Part shown: piece after piece, positions 10,252-20,319 of the stretch
Layout: every line of letters starts with the position of its first letter
Numbering within the stretch: position 1 is the stretch's first letter
DNA from: Candidatus Latescibacterota bacterium
GTDB taxonomy: Bacteria > Latescibacterota > UBA2968 > GCA-2709665
Direction: 5' to 3'
Length of the DNA: 64,000 nt
Assembly (NCBI GenBank): GCA_965222075.1
Contig: OZ244937.1
Coordinates: forward strand, 3,776,001 to 3,840,000
The notes under the pieces: generated by a model
The model's input: only the letters and a program-made list of their open reading frames with translations
What the model was told of the DNA's origin: nothing
Database searches by the model: none
Translations under genes and position numbers: made by a program

Positions 10252-11880
10252 CTACCCGGAAAACGCGCCTTCCTCCCGCGTCATCACCTCCAGCACCACC
10301 GGCCGGCCGCCTTCCACCTCCCCCAGCGCCCGCCCGATCGCCGGCACAATCTCCTCCGGCCGTTCCACCCGCTCCCCGTGCGCCCCCAGTCCCCTGGCCA
10401 CCGCCGCATAATCCCCCGTCAGGAACTTGCTGCCATACCGCTCCGTCGCCACCGGCATGTGCTCTTCGTAGCCGCCCATCGCCCCATTGTTCAGAACCAC
10501 CGTCAGAATCGGGATCTCCTCCCGAACCGCCGTCTCGAGATCCATCCCCGCCATCCCGATTGCCGCATCGCCCCACACATGCGCCACCACCTTGTCCGGA
10601 GCGGCCAGCTTCGCGCCCATCGAAAGACCCAGGGAATATCCAAGCTGGGTCGACTTGCCCCAGCCCAGGTAGCTTCTGGGAAAGAGCGCCTCGTAAAACG
10701 GAACGATCTGATCCCGCGGATTGCCCGAATCGTGCGTCAGAATTGTCCGACTCCGGTCCAGCGTCTGCATCAGATCCCAGACCACCCGGTAGGGGTTGAT
10801 CGGCACCTCGTCCGACGTCAGCTTTGGCATCCACGCTTTCAACCATGCCTCCTTCACCGACCGCAGCTCCGCATCCAGGCCGGTAAAAATCGGCCCCTCC
10901 GACCCGGCCTGCGCCTTCACCGCTTCGGTTGCCTGCTGCAAAACCAGCTTAGCATCCCCCAAAATCGCATGCTCGATCTGGTACTCGTCATTCAGATCGA
11001 ACTCATCCACCGTCGCCTGGATCAGCACCTTCCCCGGCGGGATCGGCGTGGACATAATCGACTGGGAAAAACTGCACCCGATGCCGAAAATCACATCGGC
11101 TTTATCCAGAAAGTGCCTGGCTGCCCCGGAAATTGTATGCGCCGCCGTCCCGGCCGAGAGCGGGTGATCTTCCGGAAACACGCTCTTGCCCGCCAGCGTG
11201 GTCACCACCGGCGCCCCCAGAAGCTCCGCAAACGCCCGGAGTTCCGCCCAGGCGGACGCGTAGAGCACCCCCTGTCCCGCGTGGATCATCGGCGCCCTCG
11301 CCGACAGCAGCGCCCTCACCGCCCCGGCCACATCGCCCGGGTCTCCCGCCGAGCGCACGCGCCGGGAGGGCGTATACGCAAGCGCCTCCGTCAGCGCCTC
11401 GGATGCCACATCCCGGGAGACTCCCACCATCACCGGGCCCGGCCGTCCGGACTTGAGCCGGGTAAACGCGCGCCGCAGCAGCTCCGGCAGCCGGTCTGCT
11501 CCGTTGGCCCGGATCACCCACTTCGTCACCCCCCCGTAGTGCTGCTCCACGTTGAACTCCGGCCGAATCCCCCACCGCTCCCGCGCCGCCTGCCCCGGCA
11601 GAAACAGAATGGGCGAAGAATCGGCAAACGCCTGAGCCACCCCGGCAAACGCGTTTTCAACCCCCGGTCCATCCTGCACCGTGCACACACCGATGCGCTC
11701 CCCGTTGGAAACCCTGGAAAAACCGTCTGCCATATTCACCAGCGTCCGCTCCGTACGCGTCATAATCGGCCGGATGCCTCCCGCAGCCGCAGCATCAATC
11801 AACGTATTGGCCGGAAAACAGAACAGGTACTCCACCCCTTCTCGCTTCAAGATCTCCACAACAGCCTCATTGCCGGTCAT
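10252..11880 (-). CDS. Thiamine-pyrophosphate-binding enzyme (acetolactate synthase-like)
   Basis: MADGFSR, GPGVEN, RPGPV, and TPP motif WGDAAIGM...VLNN. Confidence 0.9.
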   Translation of the reverse strand: MTGNEAVVEILKREGVEYLFCFPANTLIDAAAAGGIRPIMTRTERTLVNMADGFSRVSNGERIGVCTVQDGPGVENAFAGVAQAFADSSPILFLPGQAARERWGIRPEFNVEQHYGGVTKWVIRANGADRLPELLRRAFTRLKSGRPGPVMVGVSRDVASEALTEALAYTPSRRVRSAGDPGDVAGAVRALLSARAPMIHAGQGVLYASAWAELRAFAELLGAPVVTTLAGKSVFPEDHPLSAGTAAHTISGAARHFLDKADVIFGIGCSFSQSIMSTPIPPGKVLIQATVDEFDLNDEYQIEHAILGDAKLVLQQATEAVKAQAGSEGPIFTGLDAELRSVKEAWLKAWMPKLTSDEVPINPYRVVWDLMQTLDRSRTILTHDSGNPRDQIVPFYEALFPRSYLGWGKSTQLGYSLGLSMGAKLAAPDKVVAHVWGDAAIGMAGMDLETAVREEIPILTVVLNNGAMGGYEEHMPVATERYGSKFLTGDYAAVARGLGAHGERVERPEEIVPAIGRALGEVEGGRPVVLEVMTREEGAFSG

Positions 11881-11991
11881 ACGCACCACTCCTCTATTTC
11901 GAATTGCGGACATGCGGATCATCGCGCCATCACGTAGCCCGACGCATCCACGGGTGCTGCCACCGTTCCACCAACCGCCGGCGAAGATCCA

Positions 11992-13335
11992 TCAGCGCCC
12001 GCCGCGAAATCCCCACCTTTCCTCCGCCTGAATCGACGCCACTACCCACGGGTCCTTCGTCTCCATCCGAAACGCCTGCACCTTATCCCGCATCGCCTCC
12101 GCCACATCGGCCAGATCGGCATCCTCAATCAGATTCGTCGACTCGGCCGGATCGGCTTCCACATCGAAAAGCGCCTCCCCGTCCTGGTGCAGGAACCCCT
12201 GTGTGGGCCGCTGCCCCAGCATCTCCATCCGCTCCTCCAGGACCGCCTGCCAGGTCGGCGACGCCCACAGATCGCCTGGCAGCGGCGTGGTCAGTTCCGG
12301 ATAGAGGTTCCGGACATATTTGTACTTCCGTCCCCGCAGCACCCGGTAGGGATAATAATTCGTCACCTCGTGAAACGTATGGGAGAAAAACGTCTCGTCC
12401 CATCCTTCCGGGTGCGTCTCGTCCAGGACCGGCAGCAGCGACCGCTCCGGCAGCCCCTCCGGCGGGTCCACCCCGCACCAGTCCAGCACCGTCGGCAGGA
12501 TATTGCACCAGTTCGCCAGCGCATCGCAGACCACACCCTGCTGCTCGGGCCGAACCACAATCAGCGGGCAGTGGTGCCCCGAATCGAACGACGCCCCCTT
12601 CGCTCCGGGGAAGGGCATTCCATGGTCGCTCATCACAAGAATCATCGTATCCTCCCCCCGACCCGCCTCCTCTAAGGCCCGGACCGCCATGCCGATCCCC
12701 TGGTCCAGTCGTGAAACCGACTGGTAATACTCCGCCAACTCTTCCCGCACGGCCGGGTGGTCGGGCAGAAAATTCGGCACAACCACCTCCTCCGGCGAAT
12801 ACCTCACCGCCTCCACCCCCGGGTAGGTCGCCTTATTTCCAAAGTCCCGATGCGGATCGCCAAACCCCACATGCAGGTAAAACGGCCGGTCTCCGATCCC
12901 AGAGAAAAAATCGCCAACCCTCTCCGCAATCCCCTGCACATTTCGGCCCCCGCCGCTCACCTGCTGCCCATCGTACTCCCACGGATAGACCTCCGCCGGC
13001 TGCACGTGCAGCTTCCCCACGATGCCGGTCGCAACCCCCACGGCCCCCAGTGCCTTTGGAATTGAGGGCATTGAAAGCTGCGTGTGAAAATTGTGGACCG
13101 AATGGGAATGCCCGTACTGTCCGTGGGTGTGGCTGTAATTTCCGGTCAGCAGCGACGCCCGGCTGGCCGCACACGAGGGCGTCGTGCAAAACGCCTGCGT
13201 AAACCGCGTCCCCCGCGCTGCCAACGCGTCCACGTTCGGCGTATGGATCACCGGATTTCCATAACACCCCGCAATCGGACTCCAGTCGTCGGCAATCAGC
13301 AACAGCACGTTTCGATATGCAGGCGATACAGCCAT
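11992..13335 (-). CDS. Formylglycine-dependent sulfatase (sulfamidase-like)
   Basis: NVLLLIADD, SCAASRASLLTG (CxxxR), GKLHV, SDHGMPFPGAK. Confidence 0.93.
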   Translation of the reverse strand: MAVSPAYRNVLLLIADDWSPIAGCYGNPVIHTPNVDALAARGTRFTQAFCTTPSCAASRASLLTGNYSHTHGQYGHSHSVHNFHTQLSMPSIPKALGAVGVATGIVGKLHVQPAEVYPWEYDGQQVSGGGRNVQGIAERVGDFFSGIGDRPFYLHVGFGDPHRDFGNKATYPGVEAVRYSPEEVVVPNFLPDHPAVREELAEYYQSVSRLDQGIGMAVRALEEAGRGEDTMILVMSDHGMPFPGAKGASFDSGHHCPLIVVRPEQQGVVCDALANWCNILPTVLDWCGVDPPEGLPERSLLPVLDETHPEGWDETFFSHTFHEVTNYYPYRVLRGRKYKYVRNLYPELTTPLPGDLWASPTWQAVLEERMEMLGQRPTQGFLHQDGEALFDVEADPAESTNLIEDADLADVAEAMRDKVQAFRMETKDPWVVASIQAEERWGFRGGR

Positions 13336-13348
13336 GAAAACGCCTCCC

Positions 13349-13828
13349 CTATTTTACCATAGCCTGATCGGATACCGGATCGCTCTCCATCCCAAGCACC
13401 CAATGCCTGAGATTCGCGCTCCCCCGTTGCCTGATCCACCAGAGCGTGTACCCCATCACCAGAGCGCCGACCGTATCGTAGACCACATCCGACCAGGTTC
13501 CCACCCGCTGCAGCACAAAACTCTGGTGAACTTCATCGGGCACCGCATAGCATACGGCCAGCGCCACGCTCCAGACGAGGCAGGAGCGAAACCGCTGCGG
13601 AGCCATCCGGATCGACCGCAGCCAGAGGTAGGTCAAAATCGCGTACTCGAAGATGTGGGCGAACTTTCGAGCGAGATAGTTCACACTTCCAAAGACCTCC
13701 GCCGTAGCCTCTGCGGACAGTTCCGGGCCCCCCATCAGAAAGATCAGCCCCATCCAGACCGCAAGCGCAAAGCGCCAGTATACCTTTCCCCGTCTAAGAT
13801 CGCCCATAGAACAAAACCCGTCAAGCAC
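13349..13828 (-). CDS. VanZ-family membrane protein
   Basis: RKFAHIFEYAIL and YAVPDEVHQSFV...DVVYD motifs; start uncertain. Confidence 0.85.
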   Translation of the reverse strand: MLDGFCSMGDLRRGKVYWRFALAVWMGLIFLMGGPELSAEATAEVFGSVNYLARKFAHIFEYAILTYLWLRSIRMAPQRFRSCLVWSVALAVCYAVPDEVHQSFVLQRVGTWSDVVYDTVGALVMGYTLWWIRQRGSANLRHWVLGMESDPVSDQAMVK

Positions 13829-13932
13829 AATCCAAAGCCGCCCTCAAATCCCCCCTTGCGGCCCGGCCCAAACCAACGTATCTTGAACGTATATACAATA
13901 CGCGTCCCAACGATGGGGTGAACATCCCCGAC

Positions 13933-14724
13933 TCACTTCTCCGCTCTGGTTTTTAAGTCTCCCCCCGCAGCTTTCAACAGCTTGATCACATCGTCGGTCT
14001 TATCCAGCACGCCGGCATTGGCAGGAATAATAAACTCAAACAGGCTGTTGTCCAGTTCGGGGTTGAGCTCCACCTCCTCGAACCGCTGAGAGAGGATCTC
14101 ATCGCCCGAACCATCGTAAAACCGGACAAAGCGCAACAGACCGTCGGTCGGATGGATAGAGAACCGGACTTTCGTCAACCTGATCTGGAGTTCGGCCTGC
14201 ATCAGGTTCACCTGCGGCACCGCTTCAAAAACGTGGAGCGTGTCTGCGCCCAAGGGTTCGGTTCCAACAGCGCGGATGGTCTTCCACTCAAGCCCCCGGA
14301 AAGGACGGGTGGGATCTGGCTGATAGACGTCGGCTTCCCGGCCGGTTGAGCGGTAAACCCGGGCCAGGTTGATCCGAATCGCCATCTGTTCCTCGGAGTC
14401 GTAGGTCCACATGATGCTGCCGGTAGACACGGTAATTTCCCGGATACCGCCCGGAAGGACCTTCTCCAGACGAATCCGCGCGGGAACTTTGTAGGCCGCC
14501 GTGTCCCGGACCTGAATCTGCTGGCCCATCATCCGGAGCACCGTCACCACCTGCGCACGACAGGTCCTGACCGCGCTTAGTCTCTTCTGTACTTCCACAA
14601 GCACCGAATCGGTCCTGACATCGCCGGTGGACACCTTTTCGGACCCGTCGCAGGGAACGCCGAACGCCGTCATCCCGGCACAGATCGCCCATACCGCCTG
14701 AAAAACCGGGCTTTTGAGAACCAT
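13933..14724 (-). CDS. LolA-like lipoprotein carrier / DUF2092-type periplasmic protein
   Basis: Signal-like N-terminus; VSTGSIMWTYD and VELNPELDNSLFEF pattern of the LolA fold. Confidence 0.7.
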   Translation of the reverse strand: MVLKSPVFQAVWAICAGMTAFGVPCDGSEKVSTGDVRTDSVLVEVQKRLSAVRTCRAQVVTVLRMMGQQIQVRDTAAYKVPARIRLEKVLPGGIREITVSTGSIMWTYDSEEQMAIRINLARVYRSTGREADVYQPDPTRPFRGLEWKTIRAVGTEPLGADTLHVFEAVPQVNLMQAELQIRLTKVRFSIHPTDGLLRFVRFYDGSGDEILSQRFEEVELNPELDNSLFEFIIPANAGVLDKTDDVIKLLKAAGGDLKTRAEK

Positions 14725-14877
14725 TACACACTCCTTTCGCAGGATGGAGGATGAGGGAATTTATTCTACGGGCGCGCAAGAGCCCCACCACACCCGATTT
14801 CTCGCTACGAACTCGACCGCCAGGGCATTGACTGACAGCAGCTAAGATACACCATAATTACGTTCAGGGCAAAGTGC

Positions 14878-15687
14878 ATGGAGATCGGCCTACTCGACAT
14901 CATCCTCCGCATACTCACCGGAGCAATCATCGGATTTTGTATTGGAATGACCGGGGTCGGTGGCGGCGTGATTCTTGTGCCCACCCTGACGCTCGGCTTC
15001 GGGATGGCCCCCTCTGTCTCGGTGGGAACCGCGATCCTGTATACCTTCCTGACCAAAATCTCTGCGGTCTATTACCATTTCAGGCTCAAAACCATCAACT
15101 ACCGGATCGCCTGGATCTTTCTGATCGGAGCGATTCCCGGCAGTGTGATCGCCTCCTGGTACGTCAACCACCGGGCGGGGTTTGTCCTGGATGAAGCCGC
15201 AAGAATCCAGTTTCAGGGAAACCTGAAACTCTTTATTGCCGCAGCCATGCTGGCTTCAACGGGGCTGTTGATTCTGAACCTGGTGCAAAAGCAAATGAAC
15301 GACAACCCGTCCGAACCCGGCAGCCATTCAGGTCGGGCGCCGCTTTGCATTTTGTTGGGCGCCATCATCGGCGCCATTATCGGCTCAACAGCGCTTGGAG
15401 CCGGCATCCTGGCCATCCCGGTCCTCCTCTTCTGCTTCGGTATTGCAGCAAGCCAGACCGTTGGGAGCAGCATTTTCATCGGCCTCATTCTGACCTTCAT
15501 CTCATCGTTCATTTACAGCAAGGGCGGCCAAATCCATATACCGACGGCCGTATTCATGTCGCTTGGCGCAATCGTAAGTGTCTATTATGGAAGCAGGATG
15601 ACCGTTTTGCTCTCCGAAGCAAAACTGAAAATCGTGGTCATCGGCATCATCATCGTTGCGTCGTTTCTAATGTTTTTCAAACAATAG
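14878..15687 (+). CDS. TauE/SafE-family exporter
   Basis: GMTGVGGGVILVP and a repeated second-half motif; about 8 TM segments. Confidence 0.9.
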   Translation: MEIGLLDIILRILTGAIIGFCIGMTGVGGGVILVPTLTLGFGMAPSVSVGTAILYTFLTKISAVYYHFRLKTINYRIAWIFLIGAIPGSVIASWYVNHRAGFVLDEAARIQFQGNLKLFIAAAMLASTGLLILNLVQKQMNDNPSEPGSHSGRAPLCILLGAIIGAIIGSTALGAGILAIPVLLFCFGIAASQTVGSSIFIGLILTFISSFIYSKGGQIHIPTAVFMSLGAIVSVYYGSRMTVLLSEAKLKIVVIGIIIVASFLMFFKQ

Positions 15688-15858
15688 GTTTCCTCCCCTC
15701 CGTTCACGGATGAAACGCCTTTACACCTGGGACACTCCCCACGTAAGTAGTTGATTTAGACATCAAAATTTTGCATATTTTCACCTTCACCGCAGGGACG
15801 ATCCGGGTGGCTCTGCGTCCCTGCCAACCTGCAACCCCTCATCGAAGGGAAGGCCTTC

Positions 15859-17409
15859 ATGCATCGATATACTGGTGCCGTTTTCGCCCTCGTTTTGCTC
15901 ACCGCGCTCCTTTGTGGAACCCTTTCGCCCCCCACGCTCGCGCAGGTGGCTTCCGTGCCTCAACCCGAAGGTTTCACAGGCTGGATACAGGACAAACTCG
16001 ACAAGATCGACAGCCTCTTCAGCGCCACGGTCGCCTTCCTCGCAAACATCCTCTTTGCGGATTTCGCCACCGGGGTTCCTCTGATTGTCGTCGTTCTCCT
16101 CGTGGGCGGCATCTACTACTCCTTCTTCTTCGGATGGCTATCCCTGCGGGGGGTCCGGCACGCCATCGACGTCATCCGGGGCCGCTACGACAACCCCGAC
16201 GACCCCGGAGAAATCTCCCACTTCCAGGCCCTCACCAGCGCCCTCTCGGCTACCATCGGCCTGGGAAATATTGCCGGTGTGGCCATCGCCGTGGGCGTGG
16301 GCGGGCCTGGCGCCATCTTCTGGATGATGGCCACCGCTCTGTTCGGCATGTCCTCCAAGCTCGCCTCCTGCACGCTGGCTGTCATGTACCGGAGGGTGCA
16401 TCCCGACGGACACATCTCCGGCGGGCCTATGTACTACTTAGAGCACGGCCTCGGCAGCAAAGGGCTGAGGCGGTTCGGCCGCACCCTGGCCATCATCTTC
16501 GCCTTCCTCACCATTGGAGGCAGTCTGGGCGGGGGGAATATGTTCCAGGCCAACCAGACCCTGGAGATCCTCGGAACGGTCTCTCCGGTATTCAAAACCT
16601 ATAACTGGGCGATGGGCATCCTTCTGGCCTTGCTGGTCTCCGCGGTCATCATCGGCGGCATCCGCCGCATCGGCAGCGTCACCTCGCGCATCGTCCCTTT
16701 TATGTGCCTGCTCTACGTGTTCACCGCCATTCTGATCATTCTCACCCATATCGGCGAGATCCCGGCCCTGATCGCTACCATCTTCGGCCAGGCCTTCGCG
16801 CCCAAAGCCCTGTACGGCGGCTTCATCGGCGTGTTGGTCACCGGCATCAGGCGAGCCGCATTTTCCAACGAAGCCGGACTGGGGTCCGCCGCCTTCGCCC
16901 ACTCGGCCGCCAAAACCGACGAACCCGCCCGGGAAGGGATGGTCGCGATGATCGGCCCCTTCATCGACACCATCATCATCTGTCTGATGACCGGCCTGGT
17001 CTGCATGACTACCGGGGTCTACGCCGACCCCCAATTCAGCGGCAAAGGCGTTGCCATGACCGCTGCGGCCTTTGAATCCTTCGTCCCCGGCGCCAGTTAC
17101 GTCCTCTCCTTTGTCGTTGTGCTTTTCGCCTACTCCACCATGATCTCCTGGTCCTACTACGGGGAACGCGCCTGGGAGTACCTCTTTGGAGAGGCCTCCA
17201 CCCTGATCTTTCGGATCATCTTCGTCTGCTGCGTCTTCCTCGGGTCGGTTTCCACCCTCAGCAATATCATCGACTTCTCCGACATGATGATCCTGGGCAT
17301 GGCCTTCCCCAATATCATCGGCGGCATCATCTTAAGCCCCCATATCAAAGCCATGCTCAACGAATACTGGGACCGCCTGAAATCAGGGCAGATGAAAACC
17401 TATAAGTGA
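15859..17409 (+). CDS. Alanine/glycine:cation symporter (AGCS family)
   Basis: GLGNIAGVAIA, GGPGAIFWM, GGPMYYL, FSNEAGLGSA. Confidence 0.96.
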   Translation: MHRYTGAVFALVLLTALLCGTLSPPTLAQVASVPQPEGFTGWIQDKLDKIDSLFSATVAFLANILFADFATGVPLIVVVLLVGGIYYSFFFGWLSLRGVRHAIDVIRGRYDNPDDPGEISHFQALTSALSATIGLGNIAGVAIAVGVGGPGAIFWMMATALFGMSSKLASCTLAVMYRRVHPDGHISGGPMYYLEHGLGSKGLRRFGRTLAIIFAFLTIGGSLGGGNMFQANQTLEILGTVSPVFKTYNWAMGILLALLVSAVIIGGIRRIGSVTSRIVPFMCLLYVFTAILIILTHIGEIPALIATIFGQAFAPKALYGGFIGVLVTGIRRAAFSNEAGLGSAAFAHSAAKTDEPAREGMVAMIGPFIDTIIICLMTGLVCMTTGVYADPQFSGKGVAMTAAAFESFVPGASYVLSFVVVLFAYSTMISWSYYGERAWEYLFGEASTLIFRIIFVCCVFLGSVSTLSNIIDFSDMMILGMAFPNIIGGIILSPHIKAMLNEYWDRLKSGQMKTYK

Positions 17410-17726
17410 AAAAACTTTGGACAATCCCGGTTGAGAAACAGCGATAAGATCCGTAAAAATCACTGCCCGCCGGCTGGAAGCAACCGAAGAATCTGCGCGC
17501 ACCGGGCGATCCGGATTGGGCGGGGGGCTATGGGCGAAGATCTACTATCGGATTGCCCGGAGCAATCCGGCGCCGGAGCTTGCGCTCGATATTGGCTACA
17601 AGACGGATGGATTCACGGAAGGCGAGGCATTGGGTAGGGGATTCACGCTCAGGCTCGGCTTGAGCCTTGTAGAGTATTGAGTGCGCCAATATTGTGACAG
17701 CCGCACCTGGAGCCCCGCCGAAGGAC

Positions 17727-17810
17727 CTGCAAACGATCTTCAGGGACCTTGCCCGGCCGGTGCGTGGGTTCAGCGCATTGATTGAGAGCGAAAAAAGGTG
17801 CCTTATTTTA
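17727..17810 (+). repeat. 84-bp direct repeat copy 1 (IS91-like end)
   Basis: Matches 20194-20277 with 10 mismatches by manual alignment. Confidence 0.85.
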
Positions 17811-17825
17811 CAGGGGGGAGACTAT

Positions 17826-18431
17826 ATGAGCATCCAGGAAAAACGTCTTATCGAGCTCCTCCAGGCCAAGTACCGGGAGGACCCGAAGGGCTTCCGCAAC
17901 TACCTGCCCGGAGCAGCAGAGCTCCTACCGGAACCGTCTCCGGGAGGAGGCAGGCCGCGGTCTCCGTTCGGGCTTACCGATCAAGAGATTGCCTTTCATC
18001 GGGATGGATTGTCGGAAGCATTGGGCAAGCTGGTCGAGGGTGCGGTCACTGCAAAGGAAGCTGCCAGGGGCCTGCAACATTGCGCTACCCTGATCAAGGA
18101 CGACAACCTGCCGGAAGAAGCAGGTTACGATAAGCTGAAGCGTCTCATAAGTGCAGGTATCGGCAAGTCCCCTGGATCGTACAAGTCGAAGACGACCGTG
18201 CCGCTCGGTCAGAGCGGCGGCAACATCCACGAGCAAGTCTCGGCAATCAGGGGCGTGTACCTCAATTTCGACAAAGATACGCGCCTCGTGTCCATTAGTA
18301 TCGATCCGCGAAAAGTCAGGGAGAGGCGCAGGCTCATGGAGTTCGTCGGAGCAAGTAAAGATCCCGAGCCGGATGTCTCCGCCAGGCACGACGACTACCT
18401 GGCAATGGAGGATCCTCATGGCACTGCCTGA
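17826..18431 (+). CDS. Hypothetical protein with antitoxin-like C-terminus
   Basis: Ends DVSARHDDYL, a tail typical of antitoxins upstream of PIN toxins; overlaps the PIN start. Confidence 0.6.
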   Translation: MSIQEKRLIELLQAKYREDPKGFRNYLPGAAELLPEPSPGGGRPRSPFGLTDQEIAFHRDGLSEALGKLVEGAVTAKEAARGLQHCATLIKDDNLPEEAGYDKLKRLISAGIGKSPGSYKSKTTVPLGQSGGNIHEQVSAIRGVYLNFDKDTRLVSISIDPRKVRERRRLMEFVGASKDPEPDVSARHDDYLAMEDPHGTA

Positions 18432-18699
18432 TCGCGTGTTGTTTGACACGTCGGCATTCTACGCGCTCCGCTCCGCAACCGACCGGTTTCACAACAGGGC
18501 CAGCGGCGCCTACGAGCGACTGATCGACAGAGAACAGGAGTTGGAGTCTCGGCTCCATTCGGTGCCGGAGCTGTGTCCGGCAACCGGCTACACGATTCGC
18601 ACCTATCGGCCGGGAGATGAGTCTCGCTTCTTCCAGTTGATGGATCTGGCTGGCTGGAAGGGGTGGGACGACGAACGGCTGGTTCATGGCGCTGCATGA
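18418..18699 (+). pseudogene. Truncated VapC/PIN toxin fused to an unrelated GNAT-like fragment
   Basis: MALPDRVLFDTSAFYAL...DRFH PIN N-terminus switches after ~40 aa to GYTIRTYRPGDE. Confidence 0.65.
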
Positions 18700-18778
18700 G
18701 GCGAGCGGTACGATCGTTGCTTCGGCAATGGCGCTGCACAACTACAAGGGCCTAAGCACGTGGTGCGTCCGCACTTAT

Positions 18779-19381
18779 CTACAGCTGACTGCGGACATAC
18801 CCCAGGCCATCAGCGAACTTTGTCAGCAGTCGGCATTTGTACGCAGTGAGTTCGTTCTCAATATCCGGATTCGCAAAATCCTTGGAGTTCTTGGTAATGA
18901 AACAGCGAAGCTCCTCGGATGCTATAGTCAGATGATCGAGAATCGATGCATAAACTATCGAGTCTTGCGGCGACAGATCGAGACTGTTTTGGAATGTTAT
19001 CGCGTCTTTGATAATACTCAAACCTATGGGTATCACGTGGACGGTCTGTAAGATTTTTTCCAGAGTCTCATCGAGTCGGTGCTTCTCCTCTTCACCACTG
19101 CGGATCAATAAGTTGGTGAGTTCTTGAAAATCATCAGATGACCCTTGGTAAGGACTTGAACGAGAAAGTTCACGAATAGCCGTAATAAGCTGCTCGTGAA
19201 GGCCTCGTCTTTGCTTTGAGCGACGCACCCACGTTTCATACGGTTCTCCAATACTGAAGGCGGGTACCACCAAGCGAATATCTCCTGATTCTGATAGACT
19301 CAAGAGCGCAGAGCAACATTCATGTTCGGCTTGAAGAAAGGCGAGTTCAAGGACGAAATTTGACTCTATATACACAATCAT
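18779..19381 (-). CDS. PIN-domain protein
   Basis: IVYIESNFVLE, LSPQDSIVYAS, FITKNSKDF acidic motifs. Confidence 0.8.
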   Translation of the reverse strand: MIVYIESNFVLELAFLQAEHECCSALLSLSESGDIRLVVPAFSIGEPYETWVRRSKQRRGLHEQLITAIRELSRSSPYQGSSDDFQELTNLLIRSGEEEKHRLDETLEKILQTVHVIPIGLSIIKDAITFQNSLDLSPQDSIVYASILDHLTIASEELRCFITKNSKDFANPDIENELTAYKCRLLTKFADGLGYVRSQL

Positions 19382-19830
19382 GTGGTAGCTTCAAGTTCAA
19401 CAGAACCGTTTGTAATTGCTTCGTATAACCCTGAGTCAAAGAGCCATTGGAGATTTGGCTCAACCGACTCTCGTTGCAGGTCTGTACGAATCAAATCTTT
19501 AAGCCAAGAAATCGTAAGCAATTCGAGCCCATATCCGCTTAGATCGTTAAGGGAGTGGGTTGATTTAAGGTATGGTGCAAATACTTCAGTAGCCTCTATT
19601 TTATAGTCAGGTTTTGCTAGATTAGTCACGGGGGAGGCCTCTGTCCACAGATAGAGAAAGTCAGGGAGCACAAGTAAGAAGTACGGGGCATGAGGCATGA
19701 ACGAATGAGCCAGTAAATTGCGGCGCATCCGGGTGACCCACTCAGCAGATGCACCAAGCTTGTTCTTGATTTCCACGACGAGTTGGAGTTTTTCGTCTGT
19801 ACTAGACACTGCAATATCGACATATCTCAT
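19378..19830 (-). CDS. Hypothetical protein, possible PD-(D/E)XK fold, coupled to the PIN gene
   Basis: VDIAV...LVVEIK motif; 4-bp ATGA overlap; lower GC than flanks. Confidence 0.6.
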   Translation of the reverse strand: MRYVDIAVSSTDEKLQLVVEIKNKLGASAEWVTRMRRNLLAHSFMPHAPYFLLVLPDFLYLWTEASPVTNLAKPDYKIEATEVFAPYLKSTHSLNDLSGYGLELLTISWLKDLIRTDLQRESVEPNLQWLFDSGLYEAITNGSVELEATT

Positions 19831-20193
19831 TGTATGAACCTCCACGCCAATGACTGGCTTCAACCCCCCGAAAAGCTCACTAATGGTCTTCTAAATTAGC
19901 GATCCCGTAGCGATTTTCTTACGTTTGTAATGTAAAAATACCTCCCATGTTGAGCCATGTCAAGCAAATCAAGCCAGCAGAACCACATCCCGCGCACTTA
20001 GCGACCCTCGTCTGGTTTACGGGCAAGAGGCACGCATACTGCCGCGCTTGATTTCCCACGCCGATGACATAACTTGACAACCTCGGTAGGGCTGTCGGCG
20101 GTGGATCCGCCTTGGGCACCGCCCTGTCCCGGGTTGATCCTGACAAGCGCCGGATGCGTGCTTGCCGCCGCCCGACCGTATTGGGAGCCCGGT

Positions 20194-20284
20194 CTGCAAA
20201 CGCTCATCAGGGAGCTTACCTGACCCGTGCGTGCGTTCAGCGCCTTGATTGAGAGCGAAAAAAGGTGCCTGATTTTAGCTATAC
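20194..20284 (+). repeat. 84-bp direct repeat copy 2, extending into an oriIS-like end
   Basis: Ends AAAAAAGGTGCCTGATTTTAGCTATAC, resembling IS91/ISCR oriIS (...TTCCTATAC). Confidence 0.7.
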
Positions 20285-20319
20285 TCGCACTCCTAAACGA
20301 AACAATGAGGAGGTAGGCT

